This document shows positions 38,633-47,512 of a DNA stretch of 64,000 bases, piece after piece. The DNA lies in contig JBCCXZ010000001.1 in the NCBI GenBank assembly GCA_039190745.1, positions 64,001-128,000 of the forward strand. Direction: 5' to 3'. Both the position numbers and the translations under genes were made by a program. The notes below the pieces were generated by a model. The model was not told where the DNA came from. It saw only the letters and a program-made list of their open reading frames with translations, and did not search any database. This DNA comes from Planctomycetota bacterium (GTDB lineage Bacteria > Planctomycetota > Planctomycetia > Pirellulales > Lacipirellulaceae). How positions within the stretch are numbered: position 1 is the first letter of the stretch; each line of letters opens with the position of its first letter.

Positions 38633-40147
38633 TTACTTCTTGGCGGCGGTCCAGTCGCGGCGTTGGCGGCTAGAAGGGATGTCCATCGCCTTGCGGTACT
38701 TTGTGACCGTGCGGCGGGCGACCGTGATGCCGTGCTTGGCGAGTTCGGCGACGAGGGCGTCGTCGCTGTAGGGCTTGGTCTTGTCTTCATTGTCGACGAT
38801 CTCTTGCAGCTTAAGTCGCACCTTGTCCCAGGCGACCTCCTCGCCGTCGGCGCTGGTGGTGCCGCCCACGAAGAAACGTTTTAGCGGCAGGATGCCCCGC
38901 GGGGTCTGCATCCACTTGTCGTCCACCGCTCGGCTAACGGTGGTGACGTGCACGCCGACCTTGTCGGCGATCTGCTGCATCTTGAGCGGCTCGATGTGCT
39001 CGGGGCCGCTGTCGAGGAACTTGGTCTGGTGGTCGACGATCGCCTGCGAGACGCGGGTGAGCGTGCTGCGGCGTTGCTCGATGGCCTCGATGAGCCACTG
39101 GGCCGAGTTGACTTTGCGTTTGATGTAGTCGCGGGTCTCGCCGGTGGTGCCCTCTTCTTGCAGCAGCCGGCGGTAGTAGGGGCTGATGTAGAGCGAGGGG
39201 AGGTCGCCCTCGGGCAGGCGCACCTCGTAGCCGCCCCCCTCGCGGCGGTCGACGTACACGTCGGGCGTGACGGCGGGGGCGAGCGTGTCGTTGAACTCGG
39301 CGCCCGGCTTGGGCTTGAGCGTGCGGAGGTCTTCCCACGCCTCTTGGATGGTCTCGATCGAGAACCCGGTCTTCTTCGAGATCAGGGGCAGGCGGTTGTT
39401 CTCGAGGTCCTCGAGGTGATTCTCGATAAGCACCTGCAGCTCTTCGTAGAACAACAGTCCCGGCGTAAGCTGCAGCTGTAAACACTCCTTGAGGCTTCGG
39501 GCCGCGACGCCTGGGGGGTCGAGCCGCTGCACGATAGCTAGCGCCGTTTCGGCCGCTTCGAGCTGCGCTTTGCGCCAGGCGTCGGCCTCGCCGTTGAGTT
39601 CGACGGGCGCGGGCGGCAGCAGGTCTTCCAAAGAGGTCTTTAGGTATCCGTTGCTGTCGAGGTTGTAGATGATGCGGTCGCAGAACCAGCGGACGTCGTC
39701 CTGCAGCTCGTACCAGCTGAGCTGGTGGTGGAGGTAGTCGAGCAGCGACTCGGGCCGGGCGACCATGTTGGCCATGGTGTCGTGCCGGCGGTCGGACTCA
39801 GCCTCGATCTGCCCGCGTGAGGGGCGGCTCGCCTCCTCGTACTCGTCGGGCAGGTTCTCCGACATGTTCAGCAGGCGCTCGAAGTCGTCCTCGTTGTTGT
39901 TGTTCTCATCAACAACGAGTTCCTTCTCGCTCTCGGACGGCGCGTCGGGCGCCTCGGTTTCCTCGACGCCCTGCGACTCCTCGGTGGGCTCGATCTGATC
40001 GAGCACCGGGTTGTCTTCCATCTCCTGCTCGATCCGCTCCTGCAGCGCCAGCACCGGGAGCTGCAAGATCTCCATCGACTGGATCATCCGCGGTGCAAGC
40101 ACCTGCTTCTGAGCCATCTGCATTTGTTGGCCGAGGGACAGTCGCAT
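38633..40147 (-). CDS. rpoN: RNA polymerase sigma-54 factor
   Basis: Gln/Leu-rich region I, DPPGVAAR, HVTTVSRA, RpoN box ARRTVTKYR. Confidence 0.97.
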   Translation of the reverse strand: MRLSLGQQMQMAQKQVLAPRMIQSMEILQLPVLALQERIEQEMEDNPVLDQIEPTEESQGVEETEAPDAPSESEKELVVDENNNNEDDFERLLNMSENLPDEYEEASRPSRGQIEAESDRRHDTMANMVARPESLLDYLHHQLSWYELQDDVRWFCDRIIYNLDSNGYLKTSLEDLLPPAPVELNGEADAWRKAQLEAAETALAIVQRLDPPGVAARSLKECLQLQLTPGLLFYEELQVLIENHLEDLENNRLPLISKKTGFSIETIQEAWEDLRTLKPKPGAEFNDTLAPAVTPDVYVDRREGGGYEVRLPEGDLPSLYISPYYRRLLQEEGTTGETRDYIKRKVNSAQWLIEAIEQRRSTLTRVSQAIVDHQTKFLDSGPEHIEPLKMQQIADKVGVHVTTVSRAVDDKWMQTPRGILPLKRFFVGGTTSADGEEVAWDKVRLKLQEIVDNEDKTKPYSDDALVAELAKHGITVARRTVTKYRKAMDIPSSRQRRDWTAAKK

Positions 40148-40503
40148 CGCTTCGGGCGGTTTCGCTTCCTGGAGTGGGTGAGGAGGTTTTCAGGCGGCTT
40201 CGTGGCCGCGGCGTGTGTAGCATACTGGGGCGTTCGACCGAAGGTCAAACAACCGCACGGGCCTTGCGGCTAGCACTCCGCCGGGCGCGGCGCTCGTGGC
40301 CTGCCGCCTTGATGGCCGCCTAAATGAAAGCGGAACAAACGTGTGCCCGGGGCAATGAATTCTATGCCATCGGTCGCGTAGAAGCGTTGAAGAAGCGCTG
40401 AAGAAACGTCGCGTTGAGCGGAACAAACGCAGGCGCCTTCGGGCCCGACCGGCACGACAATCGGAGCGATCGGCACGAACCGGCCCGGCACGCTCCGGAG
40501 CGG

Positions 40504-40863
40504 CTACCCATTGCCGCCGGGGTTGATCTGGCCGAGCGCCTCGGAGAGCCCCGGGAGGTTCATGCCGCCGGTGAGGCCCTGCATTTTCTCGGCGTGCAGT
40601 TCTTTGGTCTTCTGGTGGGCGGCGTTGATCGCCGCGGGCAGGAGGTCTTCGAGCAGCTCGCGGTCTTGCTTTTCGATCAGGCCGGGGTCGATCCGAACGG
40701 CGAGCACTTCGCCCACGCCGTTGGCGTCGACCTCCACCATGCCGGCCCCGCTGGAGCCGGTGACCTTCTCGCCGCGGAGCTCCTCCTGGAGCTGCTGCAT
40801 CTTGCCGCCCATTTCCTGGGCCTGCTTCAGGATCGAGCCGATGTTGCCGAGGCCTTTGAGCAT
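40504..40863 (-). CDS. ybaB: YbaB/EbfC nucleoid-associated protein
   Basis: KQAQEM, GSSGAGMV, LEDLLPAAINAA; downstream of dnaX. Confidence 0.92.
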   Translation of the reverse strand: MLKGLGNIGSILKQAQEMGGKMQQLQEELRGEKVTGSSGAGMVEVDANGVGEVLAVRIDPGLIEKQDRELLEDLLPAAINAAHQKTKELHAEKMQGLTGGMNLPGLSEALGQINPGGNG

Positions 40864-40899
40864 GGTCTTGCCTGTCGGGTGTGGGGTTTGCCGGGCCGG

Positions 40900-42720
40900 C
40901 TAGGGTTTGTCTCGCGGCGGGACGTAACGCAGCCCCGTCGCGTCGGCGTTGAACAGCTCGACGGCCTTCTGCACCATCGGCTCGGCGGCGACTTCCGCGT
41001 CGGTGCGTCGGCGTGGTTTCGGTGTTTCGGGTTGGGAGTCGTCCTTCGTGGGCGCGAACGTTTCAAACCGCAGCTTGATCGGCCGGCCGGCGGCAGCGGC
41101 GAGCAAGGCTTCGAGCCGCTCGGTGTTGGCCGGCTCTTGGCAGCGGTCGTAGGCCATCGCGTCTGCCTCTGAGAACCCTACCACAACTTCGCTGTCGGCG
41201 ACGGAGAACCGCGCCGCCTGCGCGGCGAAACCGCCGAGCAGGCCTTCGAGCTGCTCGGTGGCTGTTTGCCAGAGTGTCGGCAGCTGAGCTGTATCGAGCG
41301 GGCTTTGTTTGTTTCCCGGCGAAGCCGGGGGCGGCGTCGGAGCGGCGGCGGCCTGCGGTTCGTCCGCTGATTGGGTTTCGGCAACGGCTTGGGGTTCGGT
41401 CGGCGCGGGCGGCGGGCTTGGTGGTTCTTTAGATTCGAGCGCCGATGGCTCAGCCTGCGGCTTCGGTAGGGAAGGCTTCGGGCTGGCCGGCTGGATTTGC
41501 GGGCGGGGCGGGGCCGTCGGCAGCGGCTCGCCTGTCTTGAGTGTTTCGACCAAGCCCGCGATCGCGTCGAGGTCTTCCAGCCGGCAGATCCGCACCAACG
41601 CCATCTCCGCGAGGGTGCGGGCCTGCGTCGTGAGGCGCATGCGGGCGGTGGTTTGGTCGAGCACCTGAATCACCGCGAGCAGCGTGTCGACGCCCCAGGC
41701 GCGGCCGATGTCGGCGATCTCCGCGTGCTGGGCGGGCAGGGTGTTCAGCATCTGCTCCGGCGGGCATCCGACCGCTTGGGTCAGCGCGTCGCGTGCCGCG
41801 GCGAGCAATTGGTCGATCACCTGCCCCACCTCCGAGCCGTCGGCCAACGCTCCGTCGAACGCGGCGAGCGCGGCGGCCGCGTCTCGGTTGACCAGCGGAC
41901 GGACGATGGCGGTCAGGCGGGCAGCCGGGGCGAGTCCTAGCAGGCTGGTGACATCGGCGGAGGTGATCTCACTGCCGCCGGTGGCGAGCAGTTGCTCCAA
42001 GAGCGACTGGCTGTCGCGCATCGAGCCGGCTGCCCGCATGGCCAGGAGGGCGACCGCTTCGTCGTCGATCCGCACGCCCTCAGCCTCGGCGATCTGCATG
42101 AGCCGCTCTTGGATCGACCCGGTCTCGATGCCGGCAAAGTCGAACCGCTGGCAGCGGGAGAGGATGGTGATCGGGATCTTGTTGGGCTCGGTTGTGGCGA
42201 AGACAAACTTCACGTGCTCGGGCGGCTCTTCGAGCGTCTTCAAGAGGGCGTTGAATGCCTCTTTGGTGAGCATGTGTACTTCGTCGATGATGTACACCTT
42301 GTGCCGGGCGCGGCTGGGGCGGACGGCGACGTTCTGGCGGAGCTGTCGGATCTCGTCGATGCCGCGGTTGCTCGCGCCGTCGATCTCGAGCACGTCGACG
42401 TCGCCGCCGGCGGAGACGCTCTCGCAGAGCTCGCACTTGCACGGGGCGGCGACAGCGCTAGGGCAGTTGATCGCCTTGGCGAAGATGCGGGCGGCGGAGG
42501 TCTTGCCGACGCCACGGGCTCCGGTGAAGAGGTATGCGTGCCCGACGCGGCCGGAGAGGATCGCGGCCCGGAGGGCGTCCGCCACGTGCTCCTGGCCGAT
42601 GAGGTCGTCGAATGTCTGGGGCCGATAGCGGCGGGCGACGACGACGTAGGGTTTTGCCGCGTTGGTTGCTGCGGTGGCCGGCGGGGAGGTCTCGGCGTGG
42701 TTTTCCGGGCCGTCGTTCAT
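40900..42720 (-). CDS. dnaX: DNA polymerase III subunit gamma/tau
   Basis: ARRYRPQTF, GARGVGKT, EIDGASN, IIDEVHML, SRCQRF; Pro-rich linker. Confidence 0.96.
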   Translation of the reverse strand: MNDGPENHAETSPPATAATNAAKPYVVVARRYRPQTFDDLIGQEHVADALRAAILSGRVGHAYLFTGARGVGKTSAARIFAKAINCPSAVAAPCKCELCESVSAGGDVDVLEIDGASNRGIDEIRQLRQNVAVRPSRARHKVYIIDEVHMLTKEAFNALLKTLEEPPEHVKFVFATTEPNKIPITILSRCQRFDFAGIETGSIQERLMQIAEAEGVRIDDEAVALLAMRAAGSMRDSQSLLEQLLATGGSEITSADVTSLLGLAPAARLTAIVRPLVNRDAAAALAAFDGALADGSEVGQVIDQLLAAARDALTQAVGCPPEQMLNTLPAQHAEIADIGRAWGVDTLLAVIQVLDQTTARMRLTTQARTLAEMALVRICRLEDLDAIAGLVETLKTGEPLPTAPPRPQIQPASPKPSLPKPQAEPSALESKEPPSPPPAPTEPQAVAETQSADEPQAAAAPTPPPASPGNKQSPLDTAQLPTLWQTATEQLEGLLGGFAAQAARFSVADSEVVVGFSEADAMAYDRCQEPANTERLEALLAAAAGRPIKLRFETFAPTKDDSQPETPKPRRRTDAEVAAEPMVQKAVELFNADATGLRYVPPRDKP

Positions 42721-42884
42721 ACTAGGACCCGCTTTGAGGAACCCGACCCGTTCTGAGGAAGCCCGCCTGTTGCGGGTCGCGGCCGGGGCGGCGATCGGCG
42801 ATACTTGGTTTTGTCGGGGGAGGCGTTTCGTCGAGAGTGGTCCGTCGAGCGGGCCCGTCGCTGCGGCGTGGCCGCCGGCCCCGC

Positions 42885-42994
42885 GGCCGCCGGCGAGAGG
42901 CCCCCACACAAAGAAGCACAAGCTTATGGCTGCTGTGTTTCCACCCTGACCAGGTTCGCAAGGCCCCCATTGCAGGGACCTCTCGCCAGCGGCC
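42885..42994 (-). ncRNA. ffs: Signal recognition particle RNA (small bacterial SRP, 4.5S)
   Basis: Minus strand GTCAGG-GTG-GAAA-CAC-AGCAGC domain IV inside a long terminal stem (GGCGAGAGG/CCTCTCGCC); typical position upstream of dnaX; ends approximate. Confidence 0.9.
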
Positions 42995-43091
42995 GGGGAA
43001 AGCTCCCGGCAAGCACATTATCGTAGGAGTTTGCGGAGGGGCCGTCAAAGGCCGCCCCGCTCGGATGTAGCCCCGCAAGCGGCCCGCAGAG

Positions 43092-43991
43092 ATGCACGAT
43101 TGGCGTAACCTGTACCCGTTCGAATCCCACCGGTTGGACCTGGACGGCGGCGCACTGCACTACCTGGACGAGGGCCCGGCCGACGCGGAAGAAACCCTGC
43201 TGTTTGTGCACGGCAACCCGACCTGGTCGTTCCACTGGCGGGATTTCATCCTCTCCCTCCGCGACCAACGGCGCTGCGTGGCGCCCGACCACTTGGGCTG
43301 CGGGCTGAGCGATCCGCAGCCGCGGCCGCTGCGCTTGGCGGACCACGTGGAAAACCTCGTCGCGCTCGTCGAGCGGCTCGACCTCCGCCGGGTGACGCTC
43401 GTGGCGCAGGACTGGGGCGGGGCGATCGGGCTGGGTACTGTGCTGCGGCAGCGGGAGCGGTTTGAGCGGTTGGTGCTGCTGAACACCGGGGCGTTCCCGC
43501 CGTGGTTCATCCCGTGGCGGATCCGCGTGTGCCGGTGGCCAGTGTTTGGCAAGCTCGCTCTGCAGGGGGCGAACGCTTTCTCGCGGGCGGCGTTAACGAT
43601 GACGCTCAGCCGCACGCGGAGGCTGTCGCCGGAGGTCGCGGCCGGGTACCTGGCCCCGTACGACAGCTGGTCACGCCGGGCGGCCGTGTACCAGTTTGTG
43701 AAAGACATCCCGCTCGGTCCGTCGCACCCCACATGGCAGACGCTCGCCGAGATCGACGCGGGGTTGCCGGGGCTGGCAGGTGTGCCCGCGCTCTTGTGCT
43801 GGGGGATGCGTGACTGGTGCTTTACGCCGGAGTGTTTGGAAAAGTTCCGCGGCTATTGGCCGGGGGCGCGGGTGTTGGAAATCGCCGATGCCGGGCACTG
43901 GGTGGTCGAGGACGCTGCCGAGGAGTGTTTGCAGGAACTGCAAGGTTTCTTGAGCAATACGCGGCAGCCCGCGGCGGGGGCGGCGACATGA
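43092..43991 (+). CDS. oleB: Alpha/beta hydrolase, haloalkane-dehalogenase-like; probable OleB
   Basis: HYLDEG, HGNPTWSF, PDHLGCGLS, QDWGG, WGMRDWCF, AGHW; oleC/oleD present in the same window. Confidence 0.7.
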   Translation: MHDWRNLYPFESHRLDLDGGALHYLDEGPADAEETLLFVHGNPTWSFHWRDFILSLRDQRRCVAPDHLGCGLSDPQPRPLRLADHVENLVALVERLDLRRVTLVAQDWGGAIGLGTVLRQRERFERLVLLNTGAFPPWFIPWRIRVCRWPVFGKLALQGANAFSRAALTMTLSRTRRLSPEVAAGYLAPYDSWSRRAAVYQFVKDIPLGPSHPTWQTLAEIDAGLPGLAGVPALLCWGMRDWCFTPECLEKFRGYWPGARVLEIADAGHWVVEDAAEECLQELQGFLSNTRQPAAGAAT

Positions 43992-44899
43992 GCGGGGCGG
44001 CGACCGAACGAGCGATCGCGGGTGCGCCGCCGCTGACGCTGGGCGGGCAGGTGACGCTCGCCTGCCTCTGGGAGGCAACGGCCCCCAAGCCGGGCAATGT
44101 CTACCGCGGCGCCGACTTCGAGGACCTGACGTACGCCGACTTCGTGACCAGCGCGGCGGTGGCGGGGCCGGCGATCGAATCAACGATCACGCAAGGCGTC
44201 GGTCGTGCTATGTTCGAGGCGGTGCGCGCCACGCAAGCGGCGGTGGCTACGAACACCAATCTTGGGCTGGTGCTGCTGATCGGCCCGCTGGCCGCGGTGG
44301 AGGACGAGGCTGTTTCACAAGAGGCGGTGCTCGGCGTGCTCGACCGGCTTGACGCGGAGGACACCCGCTGGGTGTACGAGGCGATCCGCGCCGCTACGCC
44401 CGGCGGCCTGGGGGAGGCCGAGGAGGCCGACGTCCGCGATGCACCGCCGGAGGAGCCGCTGCGGGACGTGATGGCGCTGGCCGCCGAGCGTGACTTAGTG
44501 GCCCGGCAGTACGCCAACGGTTTTGCGGAAGTGCGGCGGCTGGCGGAGCGGATCGGCGACGCCGCGGCGGCCGGGACGCCGCTTGCGGACGCGATTGTGG
44601 ACGCCTTTGTTGGGCAAATTGCCGAGTGCCCAGACACGCTTATCTCGCGGAAGCTCGGCGCAGAGGTGGCCGCCGAGGCGTCGGCCCACGCCGGGCGAGC
44701 TGCGGCATCAAAGAAGCTCGGGCCCGACGCCTACCGTGCGGCGCTGGGCGACCTCGATTTCTGGCTGCGTGCGGACGGCCACCGACGCAACCCCGGGGCG
44801 ACGGCCGACTTGATCGGGGCGGCGTTGTTTGTGCTCCTGCGACGCGGGCGGCTGCGGTGGCCGGTGCGGTTCTATGGCACAGAAGGGGGCGAGCGGTGA
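43988..44899 (+). CDS. CitG-family protein (triphosphoribosyl-dephospho-CoA synthase-like; Orf7-type of C1-transfer clusters)
   Basis: EATAPKPGNV, TNTNLG, DTLISRK, NPGATADL; ATGA overlap with the upstream gene. Confidence 0.8.
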   Translation: MSGAATERAIAGAPPLTLGGQVTLACLWEATAPKPGNVYRGADFEDLTYADFVTSAAVAGPAIESTITQGVGRAMFEAVRATQAAVATNTNLGLVLLIGPLAAVEDEAVSQEAVLGVLDRLDAEDTRWVYEAIRAATPGGLGEAEEADVRDAPPEEPLRDVMALAAERDLVARQYANGFAEVRRLAERIGDAAAAGTPLADAIVDAFVGQIAECPDTLISRKLGAEVAAEASAHAGRAAASKKLGPDAYRAALGDLDFWLRADGHRRNPGATADLIGAALFVLLRRGRLRWPVRFYGTEGGER

Positions 44900-45390
44900 G
44901 CGAGCGTTACCACGTCCGGCTGGAGAAAGAGCGGCACGTCTTCTCCGCGGCCCACTTCATCACCTACGGCGACGACGTGTGCGAGCCGCTGCACGGCCAC
45001 AACTACCGCGTGGGGGTCGAGGTCCACGGCCCGCTGGAGCAGAACCAGTACGTGGTGGACTTCATCCTGCTGCGGGACCGGCTGCAGGAGATCGTCGACG
45101 CGCTCGACCACAAGATGCTGCTGCCGACCGGGCACCCGACCATCTCGGTGCGTGCCGAGGGCGCCGAGGTCGTGGCTCGGCACGGCGAGCGGCGGTGGGT
45201 GTTCCCTGCTGAGGAGTGCGTTCTGCTGCCGGTGGAGAACACCACAGCGGAGCGGCTGGCGTGGTACATCGGCGGGCGGCTGCGCGAGTTGTTGCCGGTT
45301 GAAGCGGTTGCAGCGATCGATCGGATGCGGGTCGCCGTCGACGAGTGCGACGGGCAGTGGGGCGTTTGTGAGTTCGACGGCACGGCCTGA
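44896..45390 (+). CDS. 6-pyruvoyl-tetrahydropterin synthase family protein (COG0720)
   Basis: FSAAHF, CEPLHGHNY, VDF, LDH, NTTAE; GTGA overlap. Confidence 0.9.
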   Translation: MSERYHVRLEKERHVFSAAHFITYGDDVCEPLHGHNYRVGVEVHGPLEQNQYVVDFILLRDRLQEIVDALDHKMLLPTGHPTISVRAEGAEVVARHGERRWVFPAEECVLLPVENTTAERLAWYIGGRLRELLPVEAVAAIDRMRVAVDECDGQWGVCEFDGTA

Positions 45391-45530
45391 GCATGGCGCG
45401 GGTGAGAAAACACACAATCGCGTTGACGACCTAGGTGGGTGACCTAAGTTTTCCCCGGCGGGTAAGAACGCCAGGCGGGCCCTGTAAGCGACGTGGTCGG
45501 CCGTAGAACTGCCTTTACTGGGGAGCCGCA

Positions 45531-46010
45531 ATGCAAGCTGAGTACATCAACCCCTTCGTGCGTTCGGTCATCGACACGTTCTCGACGATGGTGGAGTGCG
45601 ACGCCCGCCGGGGAGAGCTCGGCCTCGACAAACAAGGGCCCCGCCCGTACCCCGTGAGCGGGGTGATCGGCCTCTCGGGCCGCGCCGCGGGCACGGTGGT
45701 GATCAACCTGTCGGAAGAGGTGGCCCTGAAGGTCGCCTCGACGATGCTGATGACCGAGTACACCGAGGTCGACGCCGACGTGGTGGACGCGGTCGGCGAG
45801 CTGGCGAACGTTGTCGCCGGCGGAGCCAAGGCCGAGCTCGAGGAGTTTGCCCTCTCGGTGAGCTTGCCGAACGTCGTGACCGGCGTCGGCCACGAGGTGC
45901 GATTCCCATCGAACACCACCCCGATCGCCGTGCCGTTCGACACCGACTTCGGGCCATTCGAGCTGCAGGTTGGGTTTGAGGCGGTCGAAGAGCCGCTGAC
46001 GACCTGCTAG
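45531..46010 (+). CDS. cheX: Chemotaxis phosphatase CheX
   Basis: EYINPF, VSGVIGLSG, DAVGELANVVAG (ExxN), SLPNVVTG. Confidence 0.92.
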   Translation: MQAEYINPFVRSVIDTFSTMVECDARRGELGLDKQGPRPYPVSGVIGLSGRAAGTVVINLSEEVALKVASTMLMTEYTEVDADVVDAVGELANVVAGGAKAELEEFALSVSLPNVVTGVGHEVRFPSNTTPIAVPFDTDFGPFELQVGFEAVEEPLTTC

Positions 46011-46036
46011 TCCGAATCGGCAACTAAGAACAGACA

Positions 46037-46068
46037 AGCCGGCGCTGCTAGCAGTGCCGGCTTTTTCT
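46037..46068 (+). terminator. Intrinsic terminator after cheX
   Basis: AGCCGGCGCTGC-TA-GCAGTGCCGGCT followed by a T tract. Confidence 0.75.
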
Positions 46069-46245
46069 TGCGCGGCTTGCAATCGACGTCTGTCGTTAAA
46101 GTCTGCTCAAGTTGCCTAGGCCGGTCATTCGATGGAAAGAGCGAAGGCCCGTACTGAGCACGCTGCTGCGCGCGGACGGGCGATTGGCTCTTCGTGTCGA
46201 ACTCTTCAACCCGACCGCCGCAACCTGTCTGCAGGCGAAACCAAG

Positions 46246-47238
46246 ATGTCGAACATCCGCCGGGCCGCGATTCTGCTCACCTCGCTCCCAGAGGAGGACG
46301 CGGCGGACTTGATGACGCACCTCGACCAGAAGGAGATCGAGCTGGTCTCGATCGAGATTGCCAAGCTGCAGGCGATTAGTGCGGCCGAACAGGAGGCGGC
46401 GATCCTGCAGTTCGCCGAGTCGAACCCCAACGTGGTGGGCTCCGAGCCGGGCGGGCTGGACAGGGCCCGGGCGCTGGTGCAGAAGGCGCTCGGCAAAGAG
46501 GCGGGTCAGGCGATCGAGAACATTAGGCACTCGATCGAGGCCGTGCCGTTCGCGTTCCTACGTCAGGTCGACAGCCAGAACGTGCTCACCTACCTGGTGG
46601 ACGAGCACCCGCAGACGATCGCGTTGGTGCTTTCGCACCTGCCGCCGCCCGAGGCGTCGGCGATCCTCGCCGGCCTGCCGCCCGACCGGCAGTTGAGCGT
46701 CGTGCAGCGCATCGCTGAGATGGGGCAGACCAACCCTGAGATCATCGAGGAGGTCGAACGCGGGTTGGAGAAGCGGATGTCGAGCGTGATGAGCCAGAGC
46801 TTCGAGAACGCCGGCGGCGTCGGCGCCGTCGCCGAGATGCTCAACGTCACCGACCGCGCCACCGAGCGGAACCTGCTGGAGAATCTCTCGCAGGAGGACC
46901 CCGACCTGGTCGAGGAGATCCGCCGGCTGATGTTCGTGTTCGAGGACGTCGCCAAGTTCAACGACAAGGACATCCAGACCATCCTGAAGAGCGTCGAGAA
47001 CTCGCAGTGGGGGATGGCCCTGAAGGGCGCGAGCCCCGAACTGAAGCAGAAGGTCTTCCGCAACATGTCGCAGCGGGCCGGCGAGATGCTAAAGGAGGAG
47101 ATGGAGTTCATCGGCGCGGTGAAGCTCTCGGCGGTCGAGGAGAAGCAGCAGGAGATTGTCGACATCATCCGCAACCTCGAAGACACCGGCGAGATCGAGA
47201 TCAACGCCGGCGGCGAGGAGGAAGAGCTGGTTCAGTAG
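46246..47238 (+). CDS. fliG: Flagellar motor switch protein FliG
   Basis: AAILL, EHPQTIALVLS, GGVGAVAEMLN, MFVFED, NMSQRA. Confidence 0.95.
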   Translation: MSNIRRAAILLTSLPEEDAADLMTHLDQKEIELVSIEIAKLQAISAAEQEAAILQFAESNPNVVGSEPGGLDRARALVQKALGKEAGQAIENIRHSIEAVPFAFLRQVDSQNVLTYLVDEHPQTIALVLSHLPPPEASAILAGLPPDRQLSVVQRIAEMGQTNPEIIEEVERGLEKRMSSVMSQSFENAGGVGAVAEMLNVTDRATERNLLENLSQEDPDLVEEIRRLMFVFEDVAKFNDKDIQTILKSVENSQWGMALKGASPELKQKVFRNMSQRAGEMLKEEMEFIGAVKLSAVEEKQQEIVDIIRNLEDTGEIEINAGGEEEELVQ

Positions 47239-47254
47239 TTGTGTCGATTGTCAC

Positions 47255-47417
47255 AAGGAGATGGGGGGTGGTTGGGGATAAGGGGGTGAAAGAACGGAAG
47301 ACTGTAGGAGGCCTCTCTGAGGCCGATTTCGCTTCGCTGAGTTTTCTCTAGTCGGCTTCAGAGAGGCCTCCTACAGAAAACGATCCCCGTCATTTCCAAC
47401 ATCTCCCCTATCCCCTT
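47255..47417. repeat. Composite palindromic element with an inverted family-B REP pair
   Basis: REPs at 47303-47326 and 47352-47375 (TGTAGGAGGCCTCTCTGAGGCCGA and its inverse) inside G-rich/C-rich arms like those at 37862-38030. Confidence 0.8.
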
Positions 47418-47512
47418 CTCTTCCATGCGCCTCGTAAGCTAGGGCTCCTTGGACCGCTTGAGGCGTTCGGTTAGCATCGGCGTTCTTCCGCCCGCAGTGA
47501 GGACGCCCGCCG

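Noticed and set aside
41280..41540. dnaX programmed frameshift site
   Set aside because: No A-AAA-AAG-type slippery sequence or long homopolymer in the linker region
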